From assembly GCA_963845755.1 (NCBI GenBank), contig CAWJTV010000025.1, positions 192,001 through 256,000 on the forward strand: a stretch of DNA of 64,000 bases, given 5' to 3'. The notes under the pieces were generated by a model that was not told where the DNA came from, did no database searches, and saw only the letters and a list, made by a program, of their open reading frames with translations. Source of the stretch: an uncultured Planctomycetota bacterium. GTDB taxonomy: Bacteria > Planctomycetota > Planctomycetia > Isosphaerales > Isosphaeraceae. Of this stretch, positions 11,441 to 21,694 are shown one piece after another. Within the stretch, counting starts at the first letter, position 1. Each line of letters begins with the position of its first letter. A program made the position numbers and the translations under genes.

Positions 11441-11648
11441 AAACACCTTCCGAGACAGCCTCTCAGCCTTCGATGTAACTATTGATCCTGTAATGAATTG
11501 AGTAAACGAACCTGGCGCCCCATGACGGAAATCGGTAATATGCGGCAAAGTTTATGCAACTGGGAGCGCGCATGTGCGGATCGTATGGGTAGGTACATCA
11601 CCGTGCTGGGAACGACTCCCGCAGCAACCACTCCCGGGGCCGACCACC

Positions 11649-13290
11649 ATGACGATCAACACGACGACCGCCGCGACGAAGCCCAGTCGGGCGGAGATCA
11701 ACTCGAAAAACGCGCAGCGGAGTACGGGGCCTCGGTCGCCCGAAGGGAAGAGCCGTTCCAAGTTCAACGCCGTCAAGCACGGCATGACCGCCAGGACCCT
11801 CGTCCTGCCCGGCGAGGATGCCGACGCACTCCAGTTGCGGCTCGAGAATTGGACCGCCGATCTCCAGCCTCAGAACGGCGTCGAGCAGTTCCTGGTCGAG
11901 CAGGCCGTCCGATCCTCGTGGAAGATCGAGCGGGCCGATCGCGCCGAGGCCGCCCGGCTCTCCCAGGTCATCGAGTCGGTGCCGCAGGAGGAGGCCCATC
12001 GTCAGCAGGACGTGGTCGCCGCCCTGGGCAACTGGCTCCTCAGCGACCGCGACGTGATCCACGACCTTGTGCTCCGCCGCGATCTGCTCGACATCCTCGC
12101 CCCGGACCAGAAGCGCACCTATCCGGACTGCCGCACCCTGGATATCTTCAACCATCCCGAGGCCATTGTCCGCCGCCTGGAGACCACCGCGACCGGCTGT
12201 CAATGGCTGCTCGACCGGTGGACCGAGCTCCGGGCGACGCTGGACCTGGATTGTCCCTGGGGACTCGCCGAGAAGGCCAGGGCCGTGCGCCTGATGGGGA
12301 AGCGCCCGCTCAACCTGGAACCCGGGAAGTGGGAGGTCTACATCCAGGGCCGCGACGACGGCGAGGCGGAAATGCTCGAGGAGGTGGTCGATCGCCACCT
12401 CGACTCCCAACTGGACGAACGACTGACGGTCACGAAACCCACGACGCCCGCCGCGTTCCGCGGCATCGCCGACCAGGCGATCGCGCGGCTGGAGACGCTC
12501 GTCGCGGGGCATCACCGGAGCGTCGAGTCCGATGCCCAGCAAGCCGCCCGGCTGTCGTTCGATGCCAGCAATGACGCCGAACGGCTGCGCCGTTACCAGT
12601 TCTCGTCCAGCCGATCGCTGTTCCGGAGCCTCGACACCCTGATCAAGGTCCGCCGATCGGGACTGAAACTCGTCGGTGGAGAACCCGTCGAGGAGAATGC
12701 CTCCCGCGACGGCGACGATGCGGCACCGGTCGTCTGCCTCGAGATCCCTCGCGAGCCGCAGGCGGTCGGAGGATTCCCCGCCGAGATCCCGGACCTCGCG
12801 GCAACGACCGCCGAGAACGATGCGGAAGGAACGGCGGCCGGAGATCCGGTCGTACCGGTCGGCGAGATCGTCGAGAGTCCGACCGAAAAACAAACCGGAC
12901 CCCACGACCTGCGACTCTGTGAATTCGCAAAACGAACCCAACCACCCGCCGAGGCCGGAGATCGTCGGTCGCGGGTTGCCGGTTCAGCGGGCCATGGTCC
13001 TGGCGATGACCCTCGTCGTACTCCTCGGCGCTGGGCTCGGCGACTCTCGAAAAACGCAATACGAACCCATCACGGCACCTCGAGGCGTCGCCGGTGGCTC
13101 GCCGGTTGCGCCCTCGACGACTCCATGCACCCGGCGCGGGAAGGACTTGCCCGGCTCGTCGCGCGCTGCTCCAATGACTTTGACCGCGTTTCCGTCGGCC
13201 GTCTCGAGAACCGCGATCGAGCCATCTGTCTCCGGCTCGACGCTTTCCCGTTACCTAAGGAGAGGTTCTCCTGCGCCGGCAAGAACGTAG
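11649..13290 (+). CDS. Planctomycete multicopy hypothetical protein ('NAQRSTGPRSPEGK' family); probable frameshift near 12910
   Basis: SRAEINSKNAQRSTGPRSPEGKSRSKFNAVKHGMTA, LETTATGCQWLLDRW and RLSFDASNDAERLRRY. The family-typical QNEPN motif lies in the shifted frame ending at 13290, so the end is uncertain. Confidence 0.65.
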
Positions 13291-13426
13291 GTCAGGTTTT
13301 CGTGCCTGACGACCCCGGAGAATCGGGCGGGATCGCCCGACCGACGTGAGACGCTTGGTTGCGGGTTGACCGCCCGTCAGGACCTTTCCTTTTCTCGCGG
13401 CAGAGGACACCCGGAGGAACGACCTC

Positions 13427-15640
13427 ATGAGATCCTGGTTTGAGAGAGTGCCTCATCTGGCCAAGAAGGCCGGCGTGACGGCCGCGGTGGCGCTGGTGCT
13501 GTCGATGGCCGGTGCGATCCTGCCCCTGGCCGCCGCCGGATGGTCGACGGCCGACGACCCGGCCCCGGACAAGGTCAAGGCCAAGCCGGACGCCGGCAAG
13601 CCGGCCCCGGCCAAGGTCGGGCTGCTCCTCAACGATTCCCGGGCGTTCCAGGGGTACACCCTGATCGCGCCGCTGTTCTCCAAGACGGTCTATCTGATCA
13701 ACATGGAGGGGAAGGTCGTGCGGACGTGGGAGACCGGCTACACCCCGGGGGCGAGCACCTACCTGCTCGAAAACGGTCACCTGCTGCGCACCGGCGCCCA
13801 CCAGCCGGCCCCGTCCGGCTTCGGCCCGGGCGCCGGCGGCCACATCCTGGAATTCGACGCCGATGGCCAATTGCTCTGGGACTTCAAGTACGTCGACGAG
13901 AAACACCTCCCGCACCACGACGTGACCAAGTTGCCCAACGGCAACTACCTGATGATCATGTGGGAGAAGAAGACGAAAGACGAGTCCCTCGCCGCCGGGC
14001 GCCGGCCCGACATGGTGGGCAATGCGGGCATCCATCCCGACTACCTCATGGAAGTGAAGCCGACCGGCAAGAACAGTGGCGACATCGTCTGGGAATGGCA
14101 CCTTTGGGACCACCTGGTCCAGGACCACGACCGATCGAAGCCAAACTTCGGCAATGTGTCCGATCACCCCGAGCTCGTCAACCTCAACTACGGCGCCGGC
14201 GAGGGCCCCATCGCCCCGATGATGGCCACCAAGGACGGCGTCGCCAAGTTGCGGTCGCTGGGCTATCTCGGCGGTTCCCCCACGCCGACGGCCAAGGACA
14301 AGGATGCGTCCAAGGCCGAGGCGGCGGAGACCACCAAGCCCGATCCCAAGGAAAAGTCCAAGTCCACGGCCAAGGAAAAGACGAAGGGCGGGTCGAATCG
14401 GAACCGGGCTAACGCCGACTGGACGCACTGCAACGGTGTGGCCTACAACCCCGACCTCGACCAGATCATGGTGAGCGTACACGCCTTCAGCGAGTTCTGG
14501 ATCATCGATCACAGCACGACAACCGCCGAGGCAACCAGCCACAAGGGCGGCCGTAGCGGCAAGGGGGGCGACCTCCTCTACCGATGGGGGAACCCGCGCG
14601 CCTATCGGAACGGCTCGAAGATGGATCAACGCCTCTTCAGTCAGCACAACGCCCACTGGATCCAACCCGGCCTGTCCGGCGAAGGGCACATCCTCGTTTT
14701 CAACAACGGCAGCGGCCGGCCGGGCGGCGACTCGTCGTCGGTCAACGAGCTCGTCTTGCCGGTGGACTCGCAAGGGCAGTACACCCGCGGTCGTCGCGGT
14801 CCTTATGGGCCGACGCAGGCGGTCTGGAGCTACAGCGCACCCAAGAAGTCGGACTTCTATTCCTTCTTCATCTCCGGGGCCCAGCGGCTTCCCAACGGGA
14901 ATACCCTGATCTGCTCGGGTGCCAATGGCACCGTCTTCGAGGTGACTCCCAACAAGGATGTCGTCTGGAAGTACACCAACCCCGTCATGGGGAATCCGGG
15001 CCCTCCCGGCGGTCCCGGCCCTCGCCCCGGCACCGTCAACCTGTTCCCCATGTTCGTGCGCGGGCCGCTCGACCTGGCGCCCGAGCAGAGCAAGCAGCTC
15101 GACGAGTTCCAGAAGACGATCGGCGAGAAGCTCGAAAAGACGCTCAACGACGCCCAGAAGAAGCAACTTCGGGAGCTCGACCCCTCCGGGCCGTCGGGCT
15201 TCGCGGTGTTCCCCTCGCCGGGACAGCTCATCTCGAAAGTGACCCTGACCGCGTTGAAGCCGACCGACGACCAGGCGAAGCAGCTCGACGCCCTTCAGAA
15301 GGAAGTCAACGCCAAGCTCGACACGCTGTTCAACGCCGATCAGAAGAAGGAACTCAAGGAGATGCGGGAAAACCCCGGCGGACCGGGTGGACCTCCCCCG
15401 GGCGGACCAGGGGGTCCCCCAGCCAAGGGCAAGGGCGGTCCGCCACCGAAGGGTCAGGGCGGCCCGCCACGCGGACCGGGCGGTCCGATCATGGGGAATA
15501 CGCTCTTCCGCGCCTATCGGTACGGTCGGGACTACCCGGGACTCGCCGGCAAGGCGCTGACGCCGGGCCAGTCGATCGAAGAGATGGAAGCGGCGAAGAA
15601 GAAGGCGAACGCCGCGAAGAAATCGAAGAGTGAAAAGTGA
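13427..15640 (+). CDS. Secreted aryl-sulfate sulfotransferase (ASST-like beta-propeller)
   Basis: Signal peptide, GYTLIAPL, PHHDVTKLPNGN, VWEWHLWDHLVQD, DWTHCNGVAY, LLYRWGNP, QHNAHWI and ISGAQRLPNGNTLIC. Confidence 0.9.
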   Translation: MRSWFERVPHLAKKAGVTAAVALVLSMAGAILPLAAAGWSTADDPAPDKVKAKPDAGKPAPAKVGLLLNDSRAFQGYTLIAPLFSKTVYLINMEGKVVRTWETGYTPGASTYLLENGHLLRTGAHQPAPSGFGPGAGGHILEFDADGQLLWDFKYVDEKHLPHHDVTKLPNGNYLMIMWEKKTKDESLAAGRRPDMVGNAGIHPDYLMEVKPTGKNSGDIVWEWHLWDHLVQDHDRSKPNFGNVSDHPELVNLNYGAGEGPIAPMMATKDGVAKLRSLGYLGGSPTPTAKDKDASKAEAAETTKPDPKEKSKSTAKEKTKGGSNRNRANADWTHCNGVAYNPDLDQIMVSVHAFSEFWIIDHSTTTAEATSHKGGRSGKGGDLLYRWGNPRAYRNGSKMDQRLFSQHNAHWIQPGLSGEGHILVFNNGSGRPGGDSSSVNELVLPVDSQGQYTRGRRGPYGPTQAVWSYSAPKKSDFYSFFISGAQRLPNGNTLICSGANGTVFEVTPNKDVVWKYTNPVMGNPGPPGGPGPRPGTVNLFPMFVRGPLDLAPEQSKQLDEFQKTIGEKLEKTLNDAQKKQLRELDPSGPSGFAVFPSPGQLISKVTLTALKPTDDQAKQLDALQKEVNAKLDTLFNADQKKELKEMRENPGGPGGPPPGGPGGPPAKGKGGPPPKGQGGPPRGPGGPIMGNTLFRAYRYGRDYPGLAGKALTPGQSIEEMEAAKKKANAAKKSKSEK

Positions 15641-15696
15641 TCCTCACAACCGAGAAAGTGGTCCTTCGATGTGGGTGCGGTCTGCGGCGCATCCTT

Positions 15697-16087
15697 GCCC
15701 CGAAGGGGTCGAACAGATCAGCCCGGGGCAACGCCCCGGGACCGCGACGACCACCCCGACCCATGCCCTGAAAGGGCGACACAGGACATGACCATGGCTT
15801 CGACTTGTGCCGCCCTTACAGGGCTATTCCATAGAAGACCCTCGGTCCCCGGGGCGATGCCCCGGGCTGGTCTGTTGCGGCCCCTTGGAATGCTGACGAA
15901 ACAATCTCCCGATTTCCCCTCGTTCCCACGCTCTGCGTGGGAATGCCGTCCGGGACGCTCCGCGTCCCACGAGCGGGGTCCAAGGCCGCGACGCAGAGCG
16001 TCGAAGACGGCATTCCCACGCGGAGCGTGGGAACGAGTGAGGGGTGGTCCGATTCCGGGAAGTGGTTTCGTCAGCGTTCCTCGGGGC
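15697..16087. mobile_element. Nested non-autonomous palindromic elements (three levels)
   Basis: Outer element GCCCCGAAGGGG..CAGCCCGGGGCAACGCCCCGGG / GCCCTGAAAGGGC and their inverted copies. Its right arm is interrupted by a unit with inverted ends GGAATGCTGACGAAAC (15887) / GTTTCGTCAGCGTTCC (16080), which contains the REP doublet 15919-16037. Confidence 0.7.
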
Positions 16088-16153
16088 GTAGAGGAGCCCT
16101 CCTTGATCCCGGCCGCTCGACGATCGACTCCCCGCCACGCGAATCCGTTTCGG

Positions 16154-18298
16154 ATGCGTACCTACTCCCGCCTGCTGCTCCTGACCGTGCTCCTGATCGT
16201 CCTGGCCCCGAAGCCGGCCCTGGCCTACATCGGCCCAGGGGCCGGGTTCGCGCTGGCAGGGTCGTTCTTCGCGGTCTTCGCCGCCATCTTCTCGGCCTTC
16301 TTCACGATTCTGACCTGGCCGTTGCGCCTGCTGTCGCGGACCCTGTTCGGGTGGCGGGCGCTCCGCCGGAGCCGGGTGAAGCGCGTGGTGATCCTCGGCC
16401 TCGACGGGATGGACCACGGACTCTCCGAGAAGATGCTCGAGGACGGCAAGCTTCCCCACCTCGCCGCCCTGCGCGACGAGGGCTGTTTCCGGCCGCTGGG
16501 CTCGACCGTCCCACCGATCTCGCCGGTCGCCTGGTCAACGTTCCAGACCGGCGTGAATCCGGGCAAGCACAACATCTTCGACTTCCTCACGCCGGATCTC
16601 CGCACCTACCACGCGAAGCTGAGCTCGGTCGAGATCCGGCCGCCCCGCCGGGCGATCCGGATCGGCCGGTATCATATTCCGCTCGGCAAGGCCAGCGTAC
16701 GGCTGCTCCGCAAGAGCCAGCCCTTCTGGAATGTCCTCAGCAAGTACAGCATCTTCAGTTGCATCCTCCGCGTCCCGATCACGTTCCCGCCCGAAAAGCT
16801 GCGCGGGGTCTTGCTGTCGGCGATGTGCGTCCCCGACCTGCGCGGCACGCAGGGGATGTTCTCCTACTACACGACCCGCGTCCGCGACGAGGGCGAGAAG
16901 ATCGGCGGCGAGGTTCATCACGTCACTCGCGAGGACGACACCATCCACGCCCACCTCGTCGGTCCGCAGAACCCCCTGCTCAAGGAACTCGAGGATCTTC
17001 GGCTTCCGTTTTCGGTCACGATCCAGGACAAGGATCATGCGGTCCTCAAGATCGACGGCGCAAAATATCGATTTACGAAGGACGTGTACACCGACTGGAT
17101 CGCGATTCACTTCCGCATCGCGCCTGGCATGAAGGTGAGCGGATTGTGCAAGTTCCTGCTTTTGAGCACCGGGCCCGAGTTCGGGCTGTACGTCACGCCG
17201 ATCAACATCGATCCGGAACATCCGGCGATGCCCGTCGGCTACCCGTCGGTATACTCGGTCTACCTGGCCAAGAAGCAAGGCCCGTTCGCGACCCTTGGCC
17301 TGGCGGAGGACACCTGGGCGCTGAACGAGCACATCATCAACGACGACCAGTTCATCCAGCAGTGCCTCGACATGGACCGGGAGCGCGAGGAGATGTTTTT
17401 CGACGCGATCGACAAGGTCCCGCGCGGCTTGATCGCCTGCGTGTTCGACGGCACCGACCGGCTCCAGCACACGTTCTCGCGCGACATCGACGAGCGGCAC
17501 CCGGCCCGGCCCGAGCCTGAAGTGCTCGAGACGCGCAACGTCATCGAGGACCTCTACATCCGCATGGACGACCTCGTCGGCAAGACGATGGCCAAATGCC
17601 GGGACAAGGATACGTTGCTGATGGTCATCTCCGACCACGGATTCGGTCCGTTCCGCCGGGGCGTGGACCTGAACCGATGGCTCCAGGAGAACGGCTACCT
17701 GACGCTGATCGACGGACGCGGCGACGAGGAACACCTCGTCGGCGTCGACTGGTCCCGGACCCGCGCCTTCGCGATCGGACTGGCGGGTATCTACATCAAT
17801 ATCAAGGATAAGTATGCGCAGGGGATCGTCGAGCCGGCCCGCGAGGCCGACCGGCTCCGCGAGGAGATCAGCCAGCGGCTGACCGCACTGATCGACCCCG
17901 AGAACGGCGCGAGCGCCGTCAAGCGCGTGTACAACGCCTCGAAGTTCTACAAGGGGCCGTATCGAGAGAACGGCCCCGACCTGATCGTCGGCTATCAGCG
18001 CGGGTACCGCGTCTCCTGGGAGACGGCGATCGGCCGCACGACCGGGAGCGTGTTCCACGACAACAAGAAGGCCTGGAGCGGCGACCACTGCGTGGACCCG
18101 TCGCTCGTACCCGGCATCCTGTTCTGCAACCGATCCGTGGAGAACGAGAACCCCCGCCTCATCGACATCGGGCCCACCGTGCTCTCGATGTTCGGCGCGG
18201 CGGTCCCGGACTACATGGACGGCAAGGTCCTGACCGTGGGAAATGCCGGTGAGAAGGCTCCCCGCGAACGAGAAGAAACCCTGGCACAGGTGGTGTAA
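16154..18298 (+). CDS. Alkaline-phosphatase-superfamily (type I phosphodiesterase/NPP-like) protein with N-terminal membrane anchor
   Basis: PALAYIGPGAGFA + TM, VVILGLDGMD, STVPPISPVAWSTFQTGVNPGKHNIFDF, VISDHGF and WSGDHC. The ORF-track start at 15671 runs through repeats. Confidence 0.9.
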   Translation: MRTYSRLLLLTVLLIVLAPKPALAYIGPGAGFALAGSFFAVFAAIFSAFFTILTWPLRLLSRTLFGWRALRRSRVKRVVILGLDGMDHGLSEKMLEDGKLPHLAALRDEGCFRPLGSTVPPISPVAWSTFQTGVNPGKHNIFDFLTPDLRTYHAKLSSVEIRPPRRAIRIGRYHIPLGKASVRLLRKSQPFWNVLSKYSIFSCILRVPITFPPEKLRGVLLSAMCVPDLRGTQGMFSYYTTRVRDEGEKIGGEVHHVTREDDTIHAHLVGPQNPLLKELEDLRLPFSVTIQDKDHAVLKIDGAKYRFTKDVYTDWIAIHFRIAPGMKVSGLCKFLLLSTGPEFGLYVTPINIDPEHPAMPVGYPSVYSVYLAKKQGPFATLGLAEDTWALNEHIINDDQFIQQCLDMDREREEMFFDAIDKVPRGLIACVFDGTDRLQHTFSRDIDERHPARPEPEVLETRNVIEDLYIRMDDLVGKTMAKCRDKDTLLMVISDHGFGPFRRGVDLNRWLQENGYLTLIDGRGDEEHLVGVDWSRTRAFAIGLAGIYINIKDKYAQGIVEPAREADRLREEISQRLTALIDPENGASAVKRVYNASKFYKGPYRENGPDLIVGYQRGYRVSWETAIGRTTGSVFHDNKKAWSGDHCVDPSLVPGILFCNRSVENENPRLIDIGPTVLSMFGAAVPDYMDGKVLTVGNAGEKAPREREETLAQVV

Positions 18299-20358
18299 TG
18301 GCTGACGCTGCGATTTCCAATTCCAAGATGAACCGCAGGACTTTGATCAAGGGCTCGGCCGCCGTGGCCGCCGCCGGCGCGGTCGGCGCCGCGGGTCTGG
18401 GCGTGGGGAACTACTGGCTGGGCCGCGGCAGCCACGTCTCGCGAAGCCTCGGCAAGAAGGTGATCGTGATCGGCGTGGACGGGATGGACCCGCGCCTCTC
18501 GGAGAGCATGATGAAGGCCGGCCTGCTCCCCAACCTGGAGAAGCTCCGAGCGGGCGGTGGTTTCAGCACGCTGGGCACCAGCACGCCGCCGCAGAGCCCC
18601 GTGGCCTGGGCCAACTTCATCAACGGCGCGGGGCCCGGCTCGCACGGGATCTTCGACTTCATCCACCGGCACCCACAACAGCAGTGCGAGATGTTCTTCT
18701 CGGCCGCCGAGATCCTGCCCGGAGAGGGGTTCTGGGAGGTGGACAACCATCGGCTCCCGCTCGACTTCTGGCCGTTCAACCACAAGCCGCCCGAGGCCGT
18801 GCTCCGCCGCCAGGGGACCCCATTCTGGGATTACCTCGACGCCGCGGGCATCCCCTCGACGTTCTACGACCTTCCTTCCAACTATCCGGCGAGCCCGTCG
18901 CACCACGGCCACCACCGATGCATCTCCGGCATGGGCACGCCCGATATGCTCGGGGGCTATGGCACCTACCAGTACTTCGCCGAGGACGCGTCGGAAGAGC
19001 CGCTCGACGAAGCCGGCGGGAAGCGGTCGAAGCTGACTTTCGTCGATGACACGGCCACGGTTCACATCGTCGGGCCGGAAGACGGTCTTCGCAAGAATCC
19101 GATCCCGATCAAGATCGAGCTGCTCATCCACCGCGACCGCGACGCCAACGCGGCCGTCATCCAGATCAAGGATCAGCGCATCCTGCTGAAGCCCGGCCAG
19201 TGGAGTCGATGGACGAAGCTGGACTTCTCGATGTCGGTTCCTTTTTTCCTACCGTCGCAGCACGTCAGTGGGATTTGCCGGTTCTACCTCCAGGAGGTCG
19301 CGCCCAACTTCCGCCTCTACGTCACGCCGATCAACATGGACCCATCCGCCCCCGCGCAGAAGATCTCGGAGCCGAAATCGTTCATCCAGGACGTCGCCGG
19401 CCGGCTGGGACCGTTCTACACGACGGGCTTCCAGGAAGACCACAAGGCGCGGTCGAACGGCATCTTCTCCGACGACGAGTTCGCCCGTCAGGCGGGCATC
19501 GTCCTGGAAGAACGCCTGGCGCTCTTCGACTACGCCGTCAACAACTACGACGACGGCCTGCTGTTCTTCTATTTCTCCAGCAGCGATCTCCAGTCGCACA
19601 TCTTTTGGTGGGACTCGGACGACAAGCACCCCATCCGTTCCGAGCTCGAGGCGAAGGCGCAGTTCGGCCATGTCCATCGCCTTTATCAGAAGCTCGACGC
19701 CGTGATCGGCGACCTGATGGACCGATACGGCGGCAAGGCGACGATTATCGTGATGAGCGACCACGGTTTCGCCAACTTCGGCAAGCAGTTCAACCTCAAC
19801 TCCTGGCTGCGCAACGTGGGCTACCTGGGCCCGCGCGAGTGCTCGTCGATCATGAATGACGTCAACTGGGCGAGCACCAAGGCCTACGGCCTCGGGATCA
19901 ATGGACTCTATCTGAACCTGAAAGGGCGCGAGCGCGACGGGATCGTCGAGCCCGGCGAGGAGCGGGAAGCCCTCCTGACCGAGTTGAAGGAACGCCTCGA
20001 GGCGGTTACCGATTTCGACGGCAAGCCGATCATCCGCGGCGCCTATCGCTCCGACCAGATCTACCAGGGGAACGCGACGGCCCTGGCGCCCGACCTGATC
20101 ATCGGCTACGCCCGCGGCTTCCGCGCATCGTGGGACACGTGCGAGGGGAAACTGACCGAGGAGATCTTGCTCGACAACAACGTGGCCTGGAGCGCGGATC
20201 ACTGCATCGACGCGCTCGAAGTGCCTGGCGTGCTGTTCTGCAACCGGCACATCGGAGGCAAGTCGCCATCCCTGGTCAACATTGCTCCATCGATCCTGGC
20301 CGAGTTCGGTTTACCCACACCGCCGCAGATGGTCGGAAGGAACGTGTTTTCTGGCTGA
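18298..20358 (+). CDS. Second alkaline-phosphatase-superfamily (NPP-like) protein with Tat signal
   Basis: MNRRTLIKG Tat motif, VIVIGVDGMD, TSTPPQSPVAWANF, VMSDHGF and WSADHC. Start overlaps the previous stop (TAATG). Confidence 0.9.
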   Translation: MADAAISNSKMNRRTLIKGSAAVAAAGAVGAAGLGVGNYWLGRGSHVSRSLGKKVIVIGVDGMDPRLSESMMKAGLLPNLEKLRAGGGFSTLGTSTPPQSPVAWANFINGAGPGSHGIFDFIHRHPQQQCEMFFSAAEILPGEGFWEVDNHRLPLDFWPFNHKPPEAVLRRQGTPFWDYLDAAGIPSTFYDLPSNYPASPSHHGHHRCISGMGTPDMLGGYGTYQYFAEDASEEPLDEAGGKRSKLTFVDDTATVHIVGPEDGLRKNPIPIKIELLIHRDRDANAAVIQIKDQRILLKPGQWSRWTKLDFSMSVPFFLPSQHVSGICRFYLQEVAPNFRLYVTPINMDPSAPAQKISEPKSFIQDVAGRLGPFYTTGFQEDHKARSNGIFSDDEFARQAGIVLEERLALFDYAVNNYDDGLLFFYFSSSDLQSHIFWWDSDDKHPIRSELEAKAQFGHVHRLYQKLDAVIGDLMDRYGGKATIIVMSDHGFANFGKQFNLNSWLRNVGYLGPRECSSIMNDVNWASTKAYGLGINGLYLNLKGRERDGIVEPGEEREALLTELKERLEAVTDFDGKPIIRGAYRSDQIYQGNATALAPDLIIGYARGFRASWDTCEGKLTEEILLDNNVAWSADHCIDALEVPGVLFCNRHIGGKSPSLVNIAPSILAEFGLPTPPQMVGRNVFSG

Positions 20359-20420
20359 TCGAAGGTTCCTCGTATCGTGCCTCCGAGCCGTGCGCACATC
20401 CGGGGGATGATTGGGTTCTA

Positions 20421-20615
20421 CATTCCAGATTCCGGATTCGAGATTCGAGATTCAAGATGAGGAAACTTTCGTTTATTTGATTCTTGAATCCGGAATCCGG
20501 AATCTCGAATCCGGAATGCCGGAATCTCGAATCCGGAATCTCGAATCCGGAATCTCGAATCCGGAATCTCGAATCCGGAATCCAGAATCTCTCTATGGCC
20601 GAGGCCGAAGGCCGC
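20421..20615. repeat. Inverted heptamer (GATTCNN / NNGAATC) array ending in a GGCCGAAGGCCGC hairpin
   Basis: About 5 GATTCNN units, an AT-rich loop, about 15 CCGGAAT/CTCGAAT units, then GAGGCCGAAGGCCGC. Confidence 0.9.
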
Positions 20616-20634
20616 TTTCGGAAGGAGAAACGTC

Positions 20635-20820
20635 GTGGTCAAGGTGAAGATCGAACCGGCCCTCTACGATCGGGCGAAGCGCGCGGCGGAGGCCGCCGGC
20701 TATAGCAGCGTCGAGGAGTTCATCGCCGACAGCATCGAGAAGGAGATCCAGCGGCTCAAGGTCGAGGAAGACGAGGGACAGGTTTCGGACCAGCTTCGCG
20801 GCCTGGGGTACATCGAATGA
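20635..20820 (+). CDS. 61-aa ribbon-helix-helix-like protein with C-terminal LRGLGYIE motif
   Basis: RBS AAGGAG, GTG start, VKVKIEPALYDRAKRAAEAAGYSSVEEFI...QLRGLGYIE. Stop overlaps the next ATG (ATGA). Confidence 0.8.
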   Translation: MVKVKIEPALYDRAKRAAEAAGYSSVEEFIADSIEKEIQRLKVEEDEGQVSDQLRGLGYIE

Positions 20821-21661
20821 CCGGTGTTCTGGCACAAACCGCGGCCTGGCTGAACTCCGCGGCGAACGGCCTGGGACGGTGGCTGCTGGCCCCGACCAGC
20901 GTCCTGCCGGGATGGCTGTCCGCAACCACCGCGGCGGCGGTGACGGGCGTGCTCCTGCTCGCCGTCTTCAAGTACACCTCCAACCAGCGCGCGATCAAGC
21001 GTGTCCGGGACGACATCAACGCCCACCTGCTGGCCCTGAAGCTATTCAAGGACAGGCGCGGGTCTCTCTGAAATCACAGGGGCGGATCCTGCTCGGCGCC
21101 TTCCGTCTGTTCGTGCTGGCCGTGGTGCCGATGCTCGTCATGGCGGTGCCGGTCACCTTGCTTCTGGGACAGCTCGCCCTCTGGTACCAGGCCCGGCCGC
21201 TCCGGGTCGGCGAGGACGCGGTCGTCGCACTCAAGCTCAACGGCGACGCGGCGACCGCCTGGCCGCCCGTGAGCCTCGAGCCCACCGATGCCGTCGCGGT
21301 GGAAGTCGGGCCCGTCCGGGTCCGGAGTCAGCGCACGGTCTGCTGGAACCTCAAGGCGCGCGAGTCTGGTAGCCACCGGCTCGTGTTCCAGGTGGGCGGC
21401 CAGGCCGTCGCCAAGGAGCTCGCGATCGGCGACGGCTTCATGCGGGTCAGCCAGCAACGGCCCGGCTGGAACTGGTCGGACATCCTCCTGAATCCCTGGG
21501 AGGAGCCGTTCCGCCCCGAGTCCTCGGTCCGTTCGATCGAGATCAGCTATCCCGGTCGCTCTTCATGGACCAGCGGCACCGACTCGTGGGTGATCTACTG
21601 GTTCGCCGTCTCCATGGTCGCCGCGTTGGGCTTCCGCCGGGTCCTGAACGTCAACGTCTGA
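20817..21661 (+). CDS. Hypothetical multi-pass membrane protein; frameshift near 21055
   Basis: ORFs 20817-21071 and 20879-21661 join into a protein with TM helices, FKYTSNQRAIKRVRD, an extracytoplasmic beta domain and a C-terminal TM. Confidence 0.75.
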
Positions 21662-21694
21662 AACGATCATCTCTCCCGAGAGGACAGGCCGCGG

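Noticed and set aside
15671..16153. 161-aa N-terminal extension of the first AlkP protein
   Set aside because: It is translated nested repeat DNA; the signal-like sequence starts at 16154.
20421..20592. CRISPR array
   Set aside because: Contiguous 7-bp units without unique spacers, and no cas genes.
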